Source of the DNA: Eledone cirrhosa
Lineage: Eukaryota
Length of the DNA stretch: 64,000 nucleotides
Assembly: GCA_964016885.1 (NCBI GenBank)
Contig: CAXHJY010001660.1
Location: forward strand, 1 to 64,000
Reading direction: 5' to 3'
In this document: positions 63,400 through 64,000 of the stretch, piece after piece
Position numbering within the stretch: position 1 is the stretch's first letter
How the letters are laid out: the number at the start of each line of letters is the position of its first letter
Position numbers and translations under genes: made by a program
Notes under the pieces: model-generated
What the model saw: only the letters and a program-made list of their open reading frames with translations
Told to the model about the DNA's origin: nothing
Databases searched by the model: none

Positions 63400-64000
63400 G
63401 TAACTTTGAATAACTTTGAAATGTTTTGGCCAGTATTGGCCCAGGCCATGTCTAACTTAATAGCACCACCTGGCGAAGTCTTTCAATTCAGGATTTGGGC
63501 ACCATGGCCCATTCGAGAAGAGAATTACTGTTTGCGGAGACATATCCGGGTGTGGGTGGTTTGTCCGGGATTACTTGGAGGAATTTGTCCATAGACTTCT
63601 TGAATTTTGTGTGGTCAGTTTCTGTTTTGACGTGTCCTGGTGTGATGTTGAAGAGAGCAGGGCCGATTGAGGTGAAATAATTGTGCCGTATTGTTGTTAT
63701 GAGTTGCGATTTAGATTTTTGAATGGGACGGATAGCACGGGGCCCAAGCCTTGGGTTTATCTTGAAGGCGATGCCAACATCATTTGGGCAGTGATGATGG
63801 AACATTTTCCACATCATGCAGATAATATAACGCTCACGGCGACGTTGGAGTGAGTAAAGTTTCAGGTTTTCCAATCGACCCCAGTAGTCAAGGTCTGACA
63901 TGCCATCTATCTTTTTCGTGATTGCCCTTTGAGGAGCTTCAAGTTTCATGATACTTTGTTTCGTGTGGGGAGACCACAGTGGACAACAGTATTCAAGGTG
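63400..64000 (-). mobile_element. CR1/L2-group LINE ORF2 C-terminus and 3' end (continues beyond window)
   Basis: HLEYCCPLWSPH...KLEAPQRAITKKIDGMSDLDYWGRLENLKLYSLQRRRERY; 3' tail runs into (TA)n. Confidence 0.85.

Overview
Eukaryotic, very AT-rich window full of microsatellites. The repeat content looks like an octopus (coleoid cephalopod) genome; this is inferred from the tRNA-derived SINE families and the huge (TA)n tracts. One spliced protein-coding gene runs on the + strand. Eleven GT-AG exons from 4390 to 45964 join in frame (907 codons, no stop yet) and give an N-terminal RUN domain most similar to PLEKHM1, followed by a long Ser-rich region; the gene probably continues past the window. 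Everything else is intronic: more than 20 SINE copies, RTE/CR1/CRE LINE fragments, Penelope-like element (PLE) debris, hAT/piggyBac/Tc1-type MITEs, a tRNA-Ala-like pseudogene, 50- and 60-bp minisatellites and more than 15 kb of (TA)n. Two things stand out. (1) Several unrelated families of type I hammerhead ribozyme folds sit inside short inverted-repeat or palindromic elements embedded in microsatellite. The intact ones all have a non-canonical U10.1-U11.1 pair at the base of stem II, and one family shows stem I covariation. (2) A 7-kb non-autonomous Helitron, whose empty target site is visible nearby, carries a 5.5-kb array of a 27-bp satellite with a 2614-bp higher-order duplication. Almost all long ORFs in the supplied track are microsatellite or satellite artefacts. 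All calls were read by eye; no database search or folding program was run.
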